Source: Meyerozyma guilliermondii
Lineage: Eukaryota
DNA length: 64,000 nt
Assembly (NCBI GenBank): GCA_051546255.1
Contig: CP128816.1
Location: 992,001 to 1,056,000, forward strand
Direction of reading: 5' to 3'
In this document: piece by piece, positions 30,944-41,900 of the stretch
How the letters are laid out: every line of letters starts with the position of its first letter
Position numbering within the stretch: position 1 is the stretch's first letter
Made by a program: the position numbers and the translations under genes
Notes under the pieces: model-generated
Seen by the model: only the letters and a program-made list of their open reading frames with translations
Databases searched by the model: none
What the model was told of the DNA's origin: nothing

Positions 30944-31378
30944 AGTATAATTCCTTAAAGTGAAGAATTATTACTTGAACGGTGTATCTGTCACGGAAGC
31001 ACTCTAGATTGGAGCCAGTTAGACTTGATTAATGGGGGTCTTTGAAGGACAAAAGGTTGCTGAAGAAAAGATTAAAAAAAAACTTCGCGAGAGAAATTTG
31101 CAGCCGTGCGGAAAAAGAAATTAGTGACAGCTTTTGCGGCGGAAAATGACATGTCAATTTACTGATTTCTGTAGGGTCTGCTAAACAACCTTGGGCGTCA
31201 AATAGCCCCCGAATTGACTCATTTACGTTGCTCTGACCAAATTGAACCTAGTTGACAATAGTCGCTTGTATGCAGTACCGGGATTCACGAAATTTTGAGG
31301 TTCATTCTCTCGACAAAACCCGTCTTTAACCCATCTCTCTTTCTTTTTTCTGATTCATTTTGTTGGACCATACTCCTA

Positions 31379-33232
31379 ATGAGTAAGGACCTTCTTGCCT
31401 GGTGTGAGGATTTATATCCTCTCAAGGGCAATGTTTCACAACTTCAGGCCACACTTGGACTGATTCTTGCTCGGGCCCCAACTGTAGAAGAGTATAACCA
31501 GCTTCAAGCGGCACTTGACGAGCCATTGGACCACGACCACAGGCCCATGGAGTCTCGCTTGCGAACACTTATTACCCTGCCGCAACTCAAAGTAGCAGTC
31601 AGGCTCCGCACATTGTATGCCAACGGCAATTTACCGTTCTTATTGATGCTACTGAAAATCAATTTTAAGGCACCAAAAGCCGACAGGTTTGTGGGATATT
31701 TGCTTGATTATGTTCCGAAATCGACAGTCGAGGGGTTGCCGGATGCGGTGAAGAAGGGTGTCTTGAAGAAAAAGGTAAAGAGTGTTGCAAAATTCATTGC
31801 AACCTATCCTCCAACACTTCCAGTGATCATGAATACTAATCTCAGAAAACGAGTGTTTACTCACAAATCCTACCGTCAAATTTCCGACTTTTTAGAGGCC
31901 GATAGTGCTGAAGAGTTTGCCCAAGCACATAATGAAAAGCTCGTGCTTCATGGACGAAGTTTGTTGAATGTCGCCCTTTTACATTTGTTGGACAAGAAGT
32001 TCCCTAAAGCACAGGCTGAGGACATTGAGCTGATGAAGGTAAGGCTCTCTTCGTCTGTGGTTTTGACCAAAATGGCCATGGGGTACAACTTGTCACAGCA
32101 TTTGAAGCATAATATCTCGAAAGAGCTCAGTAACGAGGGAAAGGTGTTAGTGTTGCTGACAGTATTTTTAGCATACTTGGGAGCCCTTTTCTCGGAGGGC
32201 TACTCTATGGACGAAATTTGTCTCTGGATCGAAAAACTTTACGACCCAATTGTCGCTGAATTTGATTCGGAGCATATGCATTCGGCCAGACCACTTGCAT
32301 ATTCAGAACTCAAGTTTCTCCTCGATCCTCATCTCAAGTTCAAGCAGAGTGGTCACGACCCTTTTACATTCAAAGCGTATTACAGAGACACCGTGATTGG
32401 AATTGGATCTCACTCGGACAAAATGATGGCGAGGATTGTGACGCTGGAAAATGCGCTTGCCGATAAGGCACTTCTTGACGCCCTTTTGGAGCCTGAGCTA
32501 GAGTGCAAACCTAGCGATGAAAAGCATCACAAGGAGCAAAAGGAACCAACTTCTCCAGAACAGGAGCCGCCATACTCGCCGCTGCTTGAGCCCGAAACCA
32601 TGGAAAGTGTTCTTAATATTCCGGCGATAGATCAAGCACCAAGATTGCAGTCAAAGCCGCAATCGCCTCATTCACACGCTGTGCCGGAGGTGAACGCTGC
32701 GCTGAATCTAACGCGGCGTCAGGATGCTTATGAATCGCAGCCACTTAATCCAATGAATCTGCTGGTTAATTCTCAGGTCAATTCTTTGGTCAATTCCTTG
32801 GCTTATTCACAAGCCAGTCCGCATTTCCAGGCTGGTCAGACACAACTGCAAGGACTTTTTCATCAAGGACATCCTACGATTCCATCGTCGCTTCCAGCCA
32901 TTCCTCTGGTTGCACCCAATTCTTATCGGTCTCCCACTATCCCCAATCAACCATTATCCTTGCCAGGGGTTCCCAACATGACACCAAACCAATCCGGACA
33001 GGAAGCTCAAAACTCAGACTTGGTTTTAAAGAACAGTCTTCAAACAACTCTAGCTGCAAATAATCTCACACCGGAATATAACTACGAAGAAATTGGGTCA
33101 CAGTTCAAAGTTACCATTACGGTGAACGGTATAGTTCTAGCACAGTGCCAAGACTCCAACAAATCCAGAGCGACAAGAAGAGCAATACGGGGTGCGTTGA
33201 ATGCATTGAATCAAGTGACATCAAATACCTAA
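31379..33232 (+). CDS. CDL1: Catalytically degenerate RNase III / dsRBD protein (Candida Dicer-like, CDL1-type)
   Basis: Rnt1/Dcr1-like layout: PPTLPVI..RKRVFTHKSY, HNEKLVLHGRS (vs HNERLEFLGDS), LSTVFLAYLGAL (vs YADIFEAYIGAL), a degenerate dsRBD, a P/Q linker and a C-terminal dsRBD (KNSLQ...PEY...FKVTITVNG...NKSRATRRA). Confidence 0.75.
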   Translation: MSKDLLAWCEDLYPLKGNVSQLQATLGLILARAPTVEEYNQLQAALDEPLDHDHRPMESRLRTLITLPQLKVAVRLRTLYANGNLPFLLMLLKINFKAPKADRFVGYLLDYVPKSTVEGLPDAVKKGVLKKKVKSVAKFIATYPPTLPVIMNTNLRKRVFTHKSYRQISDFLEADSAEEFAQAHNEKLVLHGRSLLNVALLHLLDKKFPKAQAEDIELMKVRLSSSVVLTKMAMGYNLSQHLKHNISKELSNEGKVLVLLTVFLAYLGALFSEGYSMDEICLWIEKLYDPIVAEFDSEHMHSARPLAYSELKFLLDPHLKFKQSGHDPFTFKAYYRDTVIGIGSHSDKMMARIVTLENALADKALLDALLEPELECKPSDEKHHKEQKEPTSPEQEPPYSPLLEPETMESVLNIPAIDQAPRLQSKPQSPHSHAVPEVNAALNLTRRQDAYESQPLNPMNLLVNSQVNSLVNSLAYSQASPHFQAGQTQLQGLFHQGHPTIPSSLPAIPLVAPNSYRSPTIPNQPLSLPGVPNMTPNQSGQEAQNSDLVLKNSLQTTLAANNLTPEYNYEEIGSQFKVTITVNGIVLAQCQDSNKSRATRRAIRGALNALNQVTSNT

Positions 33233-33255
33233 TCAAGATGTTGCAAAAATCGGTG

Positions 33256-33343
33256 CACGTGAGCGAGCACGGGGGCCGACGTTATCTCCGTGTGTTGTCG
33301 TCCGCTGCACCGAGATCCTGCATGGGTCTTGGCGTCGGCCAAT
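33256..33343 (+). promoter_or_regulatory. MIR1 promoter: CACGTG E-box (33256-33261) and CCAAT box (33339-33343)
   Basis: Motifs read directly. The CCAAT/Hap complex is an established regulator of respiratory genes; CACGTG is the Cbf1/Pho4 site. Confidence 0.45.
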
Positions 33344-33448
33344 CACAGCTCCGGTAAGTTCCGGGGCCAAAAAAGAAATGCCCCGATCGGTGAAAATCTT
33401 TTGAATAAATACTGCGAACTTCGCATTTCTAATTAGTTTACTCGCATA

Positions 33449-34372
33449 ATGGCCACTCAATCATCTTCCCCATTGCCTGCATTCAGCGTCAAGGACTACG
33501 CTTCATTCGCCGCCGCTGGTGCCGTCGGTTGTGGTGTCACCCATGGTGCCATGACTCCAATTGATGTCGTCAAAACCAGAATTCAATTGGAACCAACCGT
33601 GTACAACAAGGGTATGCTTGGATCGTTCAGACAAGTTGTGAGCACAGAGGGTGCTGGCGCCTTATTGACTGGTTTGGGACCAACCATTCTTGGTTACTCG
33701 ATGCAAGGTGCTTTCAAGTTTGGAGGTTACGAATTATTTAAGAAGCAATTCATTGAATTTTTGGGTTACGAAAAGGCCAAGAACTACAAGAACTCCATTT
33801 ACATTGGATCTGCTGCTCTTGCTGAGTTCTTCGCTGACATTGCTTTGTGTCCATTGGAGGCTACCCGTATCAGATTGGTGTCTCAACCAACCTTTGCTAA
33901 CGGATTGGTTTCTGGTTTCTCCAGAATCTTGAAGGAAGAAGGTGCTGGATCGTTCTACAACGGTTTCACTCCAATCTTGTTCAAGCAAATTCCTTACAAC
34001 ATTGCCAAGTTTTTGGTTTTCGAAAGAGCTGCTGAGGCTATTTTCGGATTCGTCAAGACTCCTAAATCGGAATTGTCTCAATCCACTTTGACCACCATCA
34101 ACTTGGGTGCCGGTGTTATTGCCGGATGTGCTGCTGCTATTGTTTCTCAACCTGCTGACACTTTGTTGTCCAAGGTTAACAAGACCAAGAAGGCTCCAGG
34201 TCAATCTACTGTCGGTTTGTTGGTTCAATTGGCCAAGCAATTGGGTTTCACCGGTTCTTTCGCCGGTTTGCCAACCAGATTGGTCATGGTCGGTACTTTG
34301 ACTTCTTTGCAATTCACCATCTACGGCTCCTTGAAGCAAGCTTTGGGTTGTCCAAAGGCCATTGAATTGTAA
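33449..34372 (+). CDS. MIR1: Mitochondrial phosphate carrier
   Basis: [42 protein letters not shown] and QPADTLLSK; strong codon bias. Confidence 0.97.
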   Translation: MATQSSSPLPAFSVKDYASFAAAGAVGCGVTHGAMTPIDVVKTRIQLEPTVYNKGMLGSFRQVVSTEGAGALLTGLGPTILGYSMQGAFKFGGYELFKKQFIEFLGYEKAKNYKNSIYIGSAALAEFFADIALCPLEATRIRLVSQPTFANGLVSGFSRILKEEGAGSFYNGFTPILFKQIPYNIAKFLVFERAAEAIFGFVKTPKSELSQSTLTTINLGAGVIAGCAAAIVSQPADTLLSKVNKTKKAPGQSTVGLLVQLAKQLGFTGSFAGLPTRLVMVGTLTSLQFTIYGSLKQALGCPKAIEL

Positions 34373-34523
34373 ACCCAGTAGGTTCTACACATTAGATATG
34401 GTCATTACTTATAGATAGGCTTCCAATGTTTTATATATTAATGTCATAGACATCACACCCATACATCGAGTCTAGAAATCGAATCTCGACAAGCAATGAA
34501 TAGATCGAACCGCTAGGGTTTGG

Positions 34524-34543
34524 TCACGTGCAGTATGACGTCA
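34524..34543 (+). promoter_or_regulatory. Adjacent TCACGTG (Cbf1-type) and TGACGTCA (ATF/CRE, Sko1-type) sites
   Basis: Read directly, upstream of the secreted-protein gene. Confidence 0.4.
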
Positions 34544-35178
34544 CACTGCTGATGGCAGGGGCTATGGAATCAAATGCAAAAGCTTTTTTTCGCTTGATTA
34601 GTCTATTGCATCTGTATTCGTGTATGCAACGGCTATGTACGTATGTTGCTGCTGTCATACATTCCATAGCTGTGCCTTGTAATACACAGGTATTTTCGGC
34701 CCGAACAATAAAACCGTAGAACCGCAGAAAGCGCAATCATCGCGCATGGAACCTCAAATGGAAACCCTAATGATCCAGTGATCTAAAACGAATCGGATAT
34801 ATGAACGGCCATAATCACTCTATTGAAAGAATGACATTTACTCTTTAGCTTCTCCAACTTCATACAGCCACTTAGACGGCAGACTACTATAATACCATAG
34901 TGGTCCTTGTCTTTTGAGTATAAGGCTAGGCACCCCTGGCGCAGTTGCTATTAAAATTTTGAGCACATACTCATTTAGGAATAAAAATGTCCCGATCTCT
35001 GGTGTCTATTTTTAACGTTAGGCCATTCGAACGCAACCATTGCCGCATTAGGCAAATTACGTGCAGCAAGGTGCGTCCAAATGCGGCAATCATCACTCTT
35101 TGGCCGTCATTGACGGATGGCCGCTCCGGTTTTGCAGACGATATATAAATTGTAAACCGGCACCAAACCATCCCAAAT

Positions 35179-35802
35179 ATGAAATTTGCAGCATTATTCT
35201 TTTTCATATTTGTAGGCCATGTGTGTGCGTTAGCACTTCCAAAGAGGTTCTATCAACCTACTTCGCCCATGTTCTCGATGATTGCACTCCATAATGGATC
35301 AGTTTTTCAGTACAATTTGGTTAAATATGATGGCACAGATTTGCTCCTCCATGCGGACGACAAAGCCTTTTTCGGCAGAATCAAGGCTAACAACGGATAT
35401 GTGTTGAACATCCCCGGCGCTACCGGAAATTCCAATAACACAAATTCCACCTCTTCAGTTCCACCTTCGAACGTGAATGTTCGCGTCGATAAAAACAACA
35501 AGTTGACCACCACCACCAGAGCCAACCAGTCGACTACACACTTTGGAGTCAGAAGATCGCTTCTTACCTACAAAAACTCCACTCACTTTAAGGCTTGCCC
35601 ATTAACAAATTACCGGGGAGAATACGAAATCTACGCTAATAATCTTAACAAAACCAGATGTCCAAGGAATGCTACTGGCTACGACATTTCTCTCTTGGTG
35701 CAAATCGACGCTACGCTTAATTATGATAGCTCCACCAATACTCGCAACAGCACATTGCCTTTCAAAAAAAGAAAAAGAAGTCTTCCATTCTTCATGAAGT
35801 GA
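35179..35802 (+). CDS. Secreted cell-wall-type protein (PhiA/Cwp1-like beta fold)
   Basis: Signal peptide MKFAALFFFIFVGHVCALA, KR site, FSMIALH...FKACP...YEIY...CP...ISL pattern and several N-glycosylation sites. Confidence 0.65.
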   Translation: MKFAALFFFIFVGHVCALALPKRFYQPTSPMFSMIALHNGSVFQYNLVKYDGTDLLLHADDKAFFGRIKANNGYVLNIPGATGNSNNTNSTSSVPPSNVNVRVDKNNKLTTTTRANQSTTHFGVRRSLLTYKNSTHFKACPLTNYRGEYEIYANNLNKTRCPRNATGYDISLLVQIDATLNYDSSTNTRNSTLPFKKRKRSLPFFMK

Positions 35803-35964
35803 TCAGTTGATCTCTAGCAAGTTCTTTCCACGTTTTTATCTTTCGTACGCCTCTATAGAAGGAAATATTGAATATCCGTTAATTTTGCAACTTTGTAGTC
35901 GTCACTTTGTGTGGGTGCATGGGTGTGAGTTCTGCTCATCACCAAAAAAATTCGATATCTGGAG

Positions 35965-36684
35965 ATGTCAATGTCGGCTACAAAGTCAGATAAGTACGTC
36001 AATGACTCGGGTTCAGACCTGGAGGGTGAAGAAGAGACTTATGTAGCACCCAAGAATTACCACAAATACGATTTAAGGTCCAAGTTCGAGCCTCGGGACA
36101 ATCGAGAAATATGGTTGATAAAGACCCCAAAGGGCTTTCCCATTGAAAAATTGCAGACTTTACCGGTATCGTTTGGTTTGACATCTAAAAATGGACTCAA
36201 TACCTCTGCTGCCACATTCAAGGTTGAGAACCGGTCTTTTCAACTTTATGAAGAATCATTTGCAGCAGAAAGCGAGGCACACAAGTACTCTATATTGGGC
36301 CATAAAGGGGAGAACCAATTGGAGCCTGTGGAAAAAACAATAGACAGATTCTACAACATTAGTGAGAAGATTGCTATTCCTGATATTAACTATGAAAAAG
36401 TTGTCATTCCAAGAAAAGATGTGGAGAAGATTGACGGTTTGGTGATGAAGCATTATCCTACTGGTTACGGAGCCAGCGACTTTGAGGAGGCACGGGCTCC
36501 GAAACGGACAGCATCTCACTCTGAGAACGGGACCCATAAAAAGAGAAAGACTGAAAGTGAAAGCGGCGAAAAGGAGAAGAAGGAAAAGAAAGACAAGAAA
36601 GAGAAGAAGGAAAAGAAAGAAAAGAAGGAAAAGAAGGAAAAGAAAGATAAAAAGGATAAGAAGGAGAAGAAAGAGAAGAATTAA
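35965..36684 (+). CDS. RPA34: RNA polymerase I subunit A34.5
   Basis: EIWLIKTPKGFP, IPDINYEKV..PR.DV..IDGL.MKHYPTGY and a (KEK)n tail. Confidence 0.9.
   Translation: MSMSATKSDKYVNDSGSDLEGEEETYVAPKNYHKYDLRSKFEPRDNREIWLIKTPKGFPIEKLQTLPVSFGLTSKNGLNTSAATFKVENRSFQLYEESFAAESEAHKYSILGHKGENQLEPVEKTIDRFYNISEKIAIPDINYEKVVIPRKDVEKIDGLVMKHYPTGYGASDFEEARAPKRTASHSENGTHKKRKTESESGEKEKKEKKDKKEKKEKKEKKEKKEKKDKKDKKEKKEKN
36568..36678 (+). repeat. Coding 9-nt purine-rich repeat encoding (EKK/DKK)n in RPA34
   Basis: gagaagaag/gaaaagaaa/gacaagaaa units, about 12 copies. Confidence 0.85.
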
Positions 36685-36976
36685 AGCTCTTTTCTTGTCA
36701 TATCCTTTGGCATCGATGTCTAGATTCAGCATCTCTATAGCATATATGTACATTACATGAGATGAAATATAAGTGTGTAGGCAACTAGATGAGTAGAGAG
36801 CCAATGGTCCAAATACTATATATTTGACATCAGTTTTTTGGTATACGACGATAATGTTGGGTTTCAAATGTTAAATAGTACTTTCAAATCTTGAATCATC
36901 TCATCTTTGCTTCAGCGCGATAACGAAAAAATCTAATACATAGGACTTATTTTCGATACTCAGCTACATTCACATT

Positions 36977-37855
36977 ATGGGTTCCAGAGTATCTACGAGA
37001 AGGTTGCCTGAAACCGCCTCTAAGGCAGTGAATGCGAAGAAATCTTCAATAGTTAATCAACTTCCAACTCAATCATTAAAAAACAGCTATGAAAAGCACT
37101 CGCAAGAGGAAATGCAAAGACAAGCATTTTTGGATCCCAAGCAAGAAGGACACCTGAAGAATGATGAAACTTCAAAGAAAGAGACGTCAGAAGGCGGAAG
37201 CACACAGCTGCATAGTCAATTATCGCAAAATAACACTCAAAGTTTCGGAAGTTCGGGTCGTCGAACAGACATTGCAACAAGTTCGAATAACGTTCCGGAA
37301 GGCAAAGATGGGTATGACCCTCAAGTGTCACCAGAGCAGGAGAAGTATTTCATTGATTCTATAACCCAGCTTGGAAAGCAAGTTCATTCTACGTCGCAAA
37401 CAGCAAGGTCCAGACCAGATTCAATGGCATTAAAGCAACTCCAATTCCGCAAAAGTCTCTTTCAAAAGGGCCAAAAAGAGCTCGAACAGCAAAAAGATCC
37501 ACAAGGACCCATGATGAGCGGCGGAGCCAACGGTGGTGGTTCGGTCGAACGTACCATGATTCATCCAAGAACATTGGGAGCAATATTGAAAGATCTCGAA
37601 GATCCCCGGACGACCAAATCCATGATTTTGGAGGACTATCAGCTTGCTCCTGGCTTTCTCAGTGGTTTAGAACGGTTTAGAGTTGCATCTACTGTTTATA
37701 TTGAACCAAAGGAAGATAAAGAGGGTGAAATTGCTCCGGCCGTAGGTGAACCAGAAAGGACTTTATTAGACTACGACGGAGCTGGAGAGGTGGGCGAAAA
37801 AATGGACCAACAGAGAGTCGAAAAACTCAAGAGCAGGCTCGGTATGGATGAGTAA
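36977..37855 (+). CDS. Uncharacterised protein, weak resemblance to NDUFAF4
   Basis: 292-aa ORF with an MGS N-terminus. See findings. Confidence 0.7.
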   Translation: MGSRVSTRRLPETASKAVNAKKSSIVNQLPTQSLKNSYEKHSQEEMQRQAFLDPKQEGHLKNDETSKKETSEGGSTQLHSQLSQNNTQSFGSSGRRTDIATSSNNVPEGKDGYDPQVSPEQEKYFIDSITQLGKQVHSTSQTARSRPDSMALKQLQFRKSLFQKGQKELEQQKDPQGPMMSGGANGGGSVERTMIHPRTLGAILKDLEDPRTTKSMILEDYQLAPGFLSGLERFRVASTVYIEPKEDKEGEIAPAVGEPERTLLDYDGAGEVGEKMDQQRVEKLKSRLGMDE

Positions 37856-37958
37856 GAGGTCGGTGATTGGTGTTTTCTTGTATATAGTGCGGTTTTCTGG
37901 TGCCGATGCGGCGCCGTTTGCGGAGACTCTTTTCACGTTGGTTCATTGATTCACAAGT

Positions 37959-38702
37959 ATGAAAGCGGCTAAGGACATTATATCAATTCTTTCAAAGTAT
38001 ACCCCATGTGACGTTTCAGACGCATTGGTTCAATTTGGGGTCAAGAATGGAGGCTACATTCCTAATCTTATTCAGAGATCACCTGCGTTGGCTACTGATC
38101 AAACCCACTCAGCAGCAGGAACTGCCTATACTGTTCTCTATGCTCCACTTTCTGATCCGAGACCAGCAGTGAAAACGCTGTATATCGATGAAATTCCTGA
38201 GGGAAGCATGTTGGTAATGGGACTTCCTCTCAGTTGCCAGACGACAAACTCACCGTTCGTCAAGGTGAACAATGCACTCTATGGCGGGCTCATGTCGACC
38301 AGGGCAAAGTACAGAGGTGCTAGCGGCTCGGTAGTACTTGGAAGAATCAGAGATTTGGATGAACATAATGAATTGGGTTATCCAGTGTGGTCCTATGGCG
38401 TAGGAAGTACGGCGCCAGGACCTGTGGTGAAGGTGGTTGGAATTAATGTGCCCATAGAAATTAAGGTTTCAAGTATTGAAGAAGAGCATTCGGTCTTAGT
38501 TGTCCAGCCAAACGACTACATTATTGCTGATAAAAATGGTGTGGTTCGTCTTCCAGTCAACCATGAAACGGAACACATTGATGTGGAAAAAGTACTTGAG
38601 TATATTCCCAAGAGAGTCGCCGCCGACCAGAAGGTCAGTGAGGACATCAAGAATGGCCGTCCAGCAGCAGAGGCCCAGAAATTCTGGCGAAGTAAAATAT
38701 AA
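37959..38702 (+). CDS. RraA-like / HMG aldolase family protein (YER010C-like)
   Basis: CDVSDAL, ALYGGLMSTRA..RGA.G.VV.GRIRDLDEH and DYIIADKNGVV. Confidence 0.9.
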   Translation: MKAAKDIISILSKYTPCDVSDALVQFGVKNGGYIPNLIQRSPALATDQTHSAAGTAYTVLYAPLSDPRPAVKTLYIDEIPEGSMLVMGLPLSCQTTNSPFVKVNNALYGGLMSTRAKYRGASGSVVLGRIRDLDEHNELGYPVWSYGVGSTAPGPVVKVVGINVPIEIKVSSIEEEHSVLVVQPNDYIIADKNGVVRLPVNHETEHIDVEKVLEYIPKRVAADQKVSEDIKNGRPAAEAQKFWRSKI

Positions 38703-38929
38703 GTGTACCGCAAGGTAGTTGCAAAAGATAGTTGCAAATCTGAATGTATGGACCAGTATTTAGAATTATAGGAGATTGAGTATTTTGCAGGGTCAAGGAC
38801 CCCTTTATTCTCTGTTTCGTCCTTCTGGCTATAGTCTTCAGCCATTGTGCCGTTATCGGCTTCCGACTGCATGTACGCTATCACCACCCCGGATTGCGCA
38901 CAGAACATCTCAATCCACATTCAGTCACC

Positions 38930-41900
38930 ATGTCAACGCCACAAACTACATCGATGCCAATAGATTTAGCGTCGAAAGATGTGTCGGCTATGGACTTGCG
39001 AAGCTCGTTGATAGGAAATAGGGATCTAAAGTTTCGCGTATTGAGCGATACTAGACTTACTCTGCAACTAGTAGACACATTTCGGGAGTCAGTTCACAGC
39101 CTAACCACCAGCACCAGGGCTATTGGCGGTGAGGGAAACTTTGAAATACTACAGCAGGTAGAGGAGAATGTGGTTGTCATTCAAATTTTGGTATCTTTTA
39201 TTCTGGAATTAAAACAACTTCAAATGCTTCCCTTGGAATTCTCACCAGATGTGGTAAAACCACTTAGCTCGTCATTGATGGAATTCCTCAATTTCCACAT
39301 CAAGGCGCTCGCCAGCTCCAATAACATGATCAATGATGCACACATGAAAACCATAGAAACATGTGCAATCAGCTCCCTTGAAATTCTAATGATACTTGCC
39401 AACTTAACAGGCGCAGGCCCTCATGAATATTCCCAACCATTATGGAGGTACATTCTCTCTTCTGCATTGACTGCCATGGACTCTTGGACTGACACGTCCA
39501 GCTATTTCGATAGCATCCTTCAACTAGTACCCCTGTGCTTGGCCACCTTCACGATATCCTCCACCGATTTCCACTTAGTAGCAGTTCTACTAAATACTTT
39601 GTTGGTTCGCTTGGGCAAACAATGTTCGGTTGATTCCGAAAAGGCTCGGGATTCCACGTCGCTTTCGTCTATCACGACTTGCGCTGCTCAAATATTCGGT
39701 TTCTTTGAGTCCAAAAGCTTTCTGCCCGGTGGGCTAGATATGGTCTTTCCTCTTTTGCCCAATATCTTCAAATTCTTGCTGGTATGCATCAAATCCAGTG
39801 ATCATGCCTCGGTTCTTGCATCATTAAACTTGTATTTCTTCTTGGTGAAGGCTCAGGAAGCACACCAATCTAGCGGAGAACTTCATGGCCGGGTTGAATC
39901 TTTTGAGTTAATCGTTCCCAAGGCCACAGAAATGCTGATTCATGAATCTGTCAGTTCTAATATCAAGCGCCTCTATTTGTTGTCCCCGACAAGAATATTG
40001 TCCAACATATGCCTCCAGTACCCGCGTGTAACTGACGATATTCGAAAGACCAGCTTGGATATTGAAATCATGAAAAAGCTTGAGGCAAATTATGTCAGTA
40101 ATCAAACGTTCAAGCTCTTCTCTAGCCTTAAAAAGAAGTCTAATGGCGGAACAAAGATAGTGGATTTTTCGCCATTTTTGGAGCTTGATTCAACCAACGT
40201 TCAAGAGATTTCAGACTTTTTACTTTTTTTGAGTGTTTTCACTAGTGAAAAAGAAGAACACAGAGAAAGAGTTCTCAGTTATGGTAATGATGAGAAGCAG
40301 AAGAGCCAGATCCTTCCAAAGCTCTTATTCGAGACAGTGGACAACTTTAGGTTTCTTTTGCTTCAGTTCCATCTAGTACACTCAGTCATGAACTCACAAG
40401 ACAGCAACAATTGCATCCAGGGTCCTGATCTTCCATTTTTCGGAAACAATATGGGTATAATAACCAGGTTGTTAGCTAGTTCATGCTTCACTAACAATTT
40501 TTACCTTATCAGGTCCTTATCTAGATCGGTTTCGCTCCTCAGGACTTTCTTCGTCGAATGCAACGCTCTCATCAGCCTTATAGGTTCCAAGCCCCAAAGG
40601 AACTCCGATCCTTTCATTGATAGATTCGACACTCCCCATCATTCAGGGGGCTTAATTTCGAACATTTTGTTTTCTCTTCGTGACACAGAAGCTGGCGGCG
40701 ATTTGATGGAGCTGTATTCTCGTATGAGTTCACCTGTGAGTTTCATGCGCTCTTGTCGAAAGATTCAAATGCTAAACAAGTCTATTGTCTTGGGCATCAT
40801 TGCAAACTTTGTGCTCGATTTCAGCTCTTTCAGATATGATATTGTTAACGACCAAGAATTTATTGAGCACCTAGAGTACATTTACACTCGAGCCACTCTG
40901 CACAGTGTTGAGTCTCTGTCTGGAGATGACTTGGAGGGCGAAGAGAACATTTTGCAAATGGAAACAATTCAGTTGAACGTTTTGCAGATCATCAAGAACT
41001 ACATGTACAACGAAAATCAAGAAAACAAGATTGAGATGTTGTCTTATTTTAAGCTTTCCACCATCTTTGATAAAACACTCATTGGAGTAACCAACGAATG
41101 GAAGAACAAGAAAATATCTGCAGAAGTGAGACAATTGTTATTAAAGCAAAAGATTGTGGCCTTTGACATCTTGAGAAATTTGACCGCTGGCTCTCCCCAT
41201 TTCAGTGAGCACCTAACAGAGGTATTTGAGAGAGATTACTTGACCTCGATTCCTTCACTGTCTGGAGCTCCTCGTGATTGGACCGAATACTTAATACGAA
41301 ATATTGTGAACTACGACCTTTTCGATCCTAATGCTGGAGATGGAGACGATTTTAAGAACGACGAGGTATTATTGAGCCGGATGAACGATGGAGATTATGT
41401 CTCCCTTCTTTTAGCTGTCAATTACATTGAAGACCATCGCTTCACTAATATGGAAAGCTTCGTTGGCTATGATCTTCCTCGTGATGAGTTGTTGCACATA
41501 TGGTTGCGGTTCTTGAAACTATATGTCAATACCGACGCTGAAGGTGATCTTGATTTGAACACAAGGGTAGCCATAAGTAATGGTTTGAATTCTATCAAGC
41601 TCCTGATAGTATGGATCATAATCAATTTGACCTGGAAAGATGATATGGTGGGCTATCAATACCCTTCGGAAACTTCTTACAGGCTATACGATACAGTTCA
41701 AGGTGGAAGACATGGAGGCGGAGCGGCAGCCCCAATCGACACAATAGAGATAGATGTCGATGATACAGAAGAGGGTAAACCGAAGGATAGCAACAGCAAT
41801 CAGCATGTCATGAGTTCTCCGCTTCAGCGAGCTCGCTATCTCAGACGATTTGGATTTGCTAAGGCACTTGAAATGCTAAACGACAGTTTGACTCGCGGGA

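Noticed and set aside
33734..34339. 201-aa ORF antisense to MIR1
   Set aside because: Typical stop-free antisense frame of a highly codon-biased gene; no recognisable motifs.
34514..34960. Tbf1-like TAGGGTT/AACCCTAA plus a Cbf1 site suggesting a snoRNA or ribosomal-protein promoter
   Set aside because: No downstream box C/D motif pair or ribosomal-protein ORF found.
36256..36867. 203-aa Leu/Phe-rich minus ORF and an Arg-rich alternative-frame ORF
   Set aside because: Artefacts of the (KEK)n repeat in RPA34.
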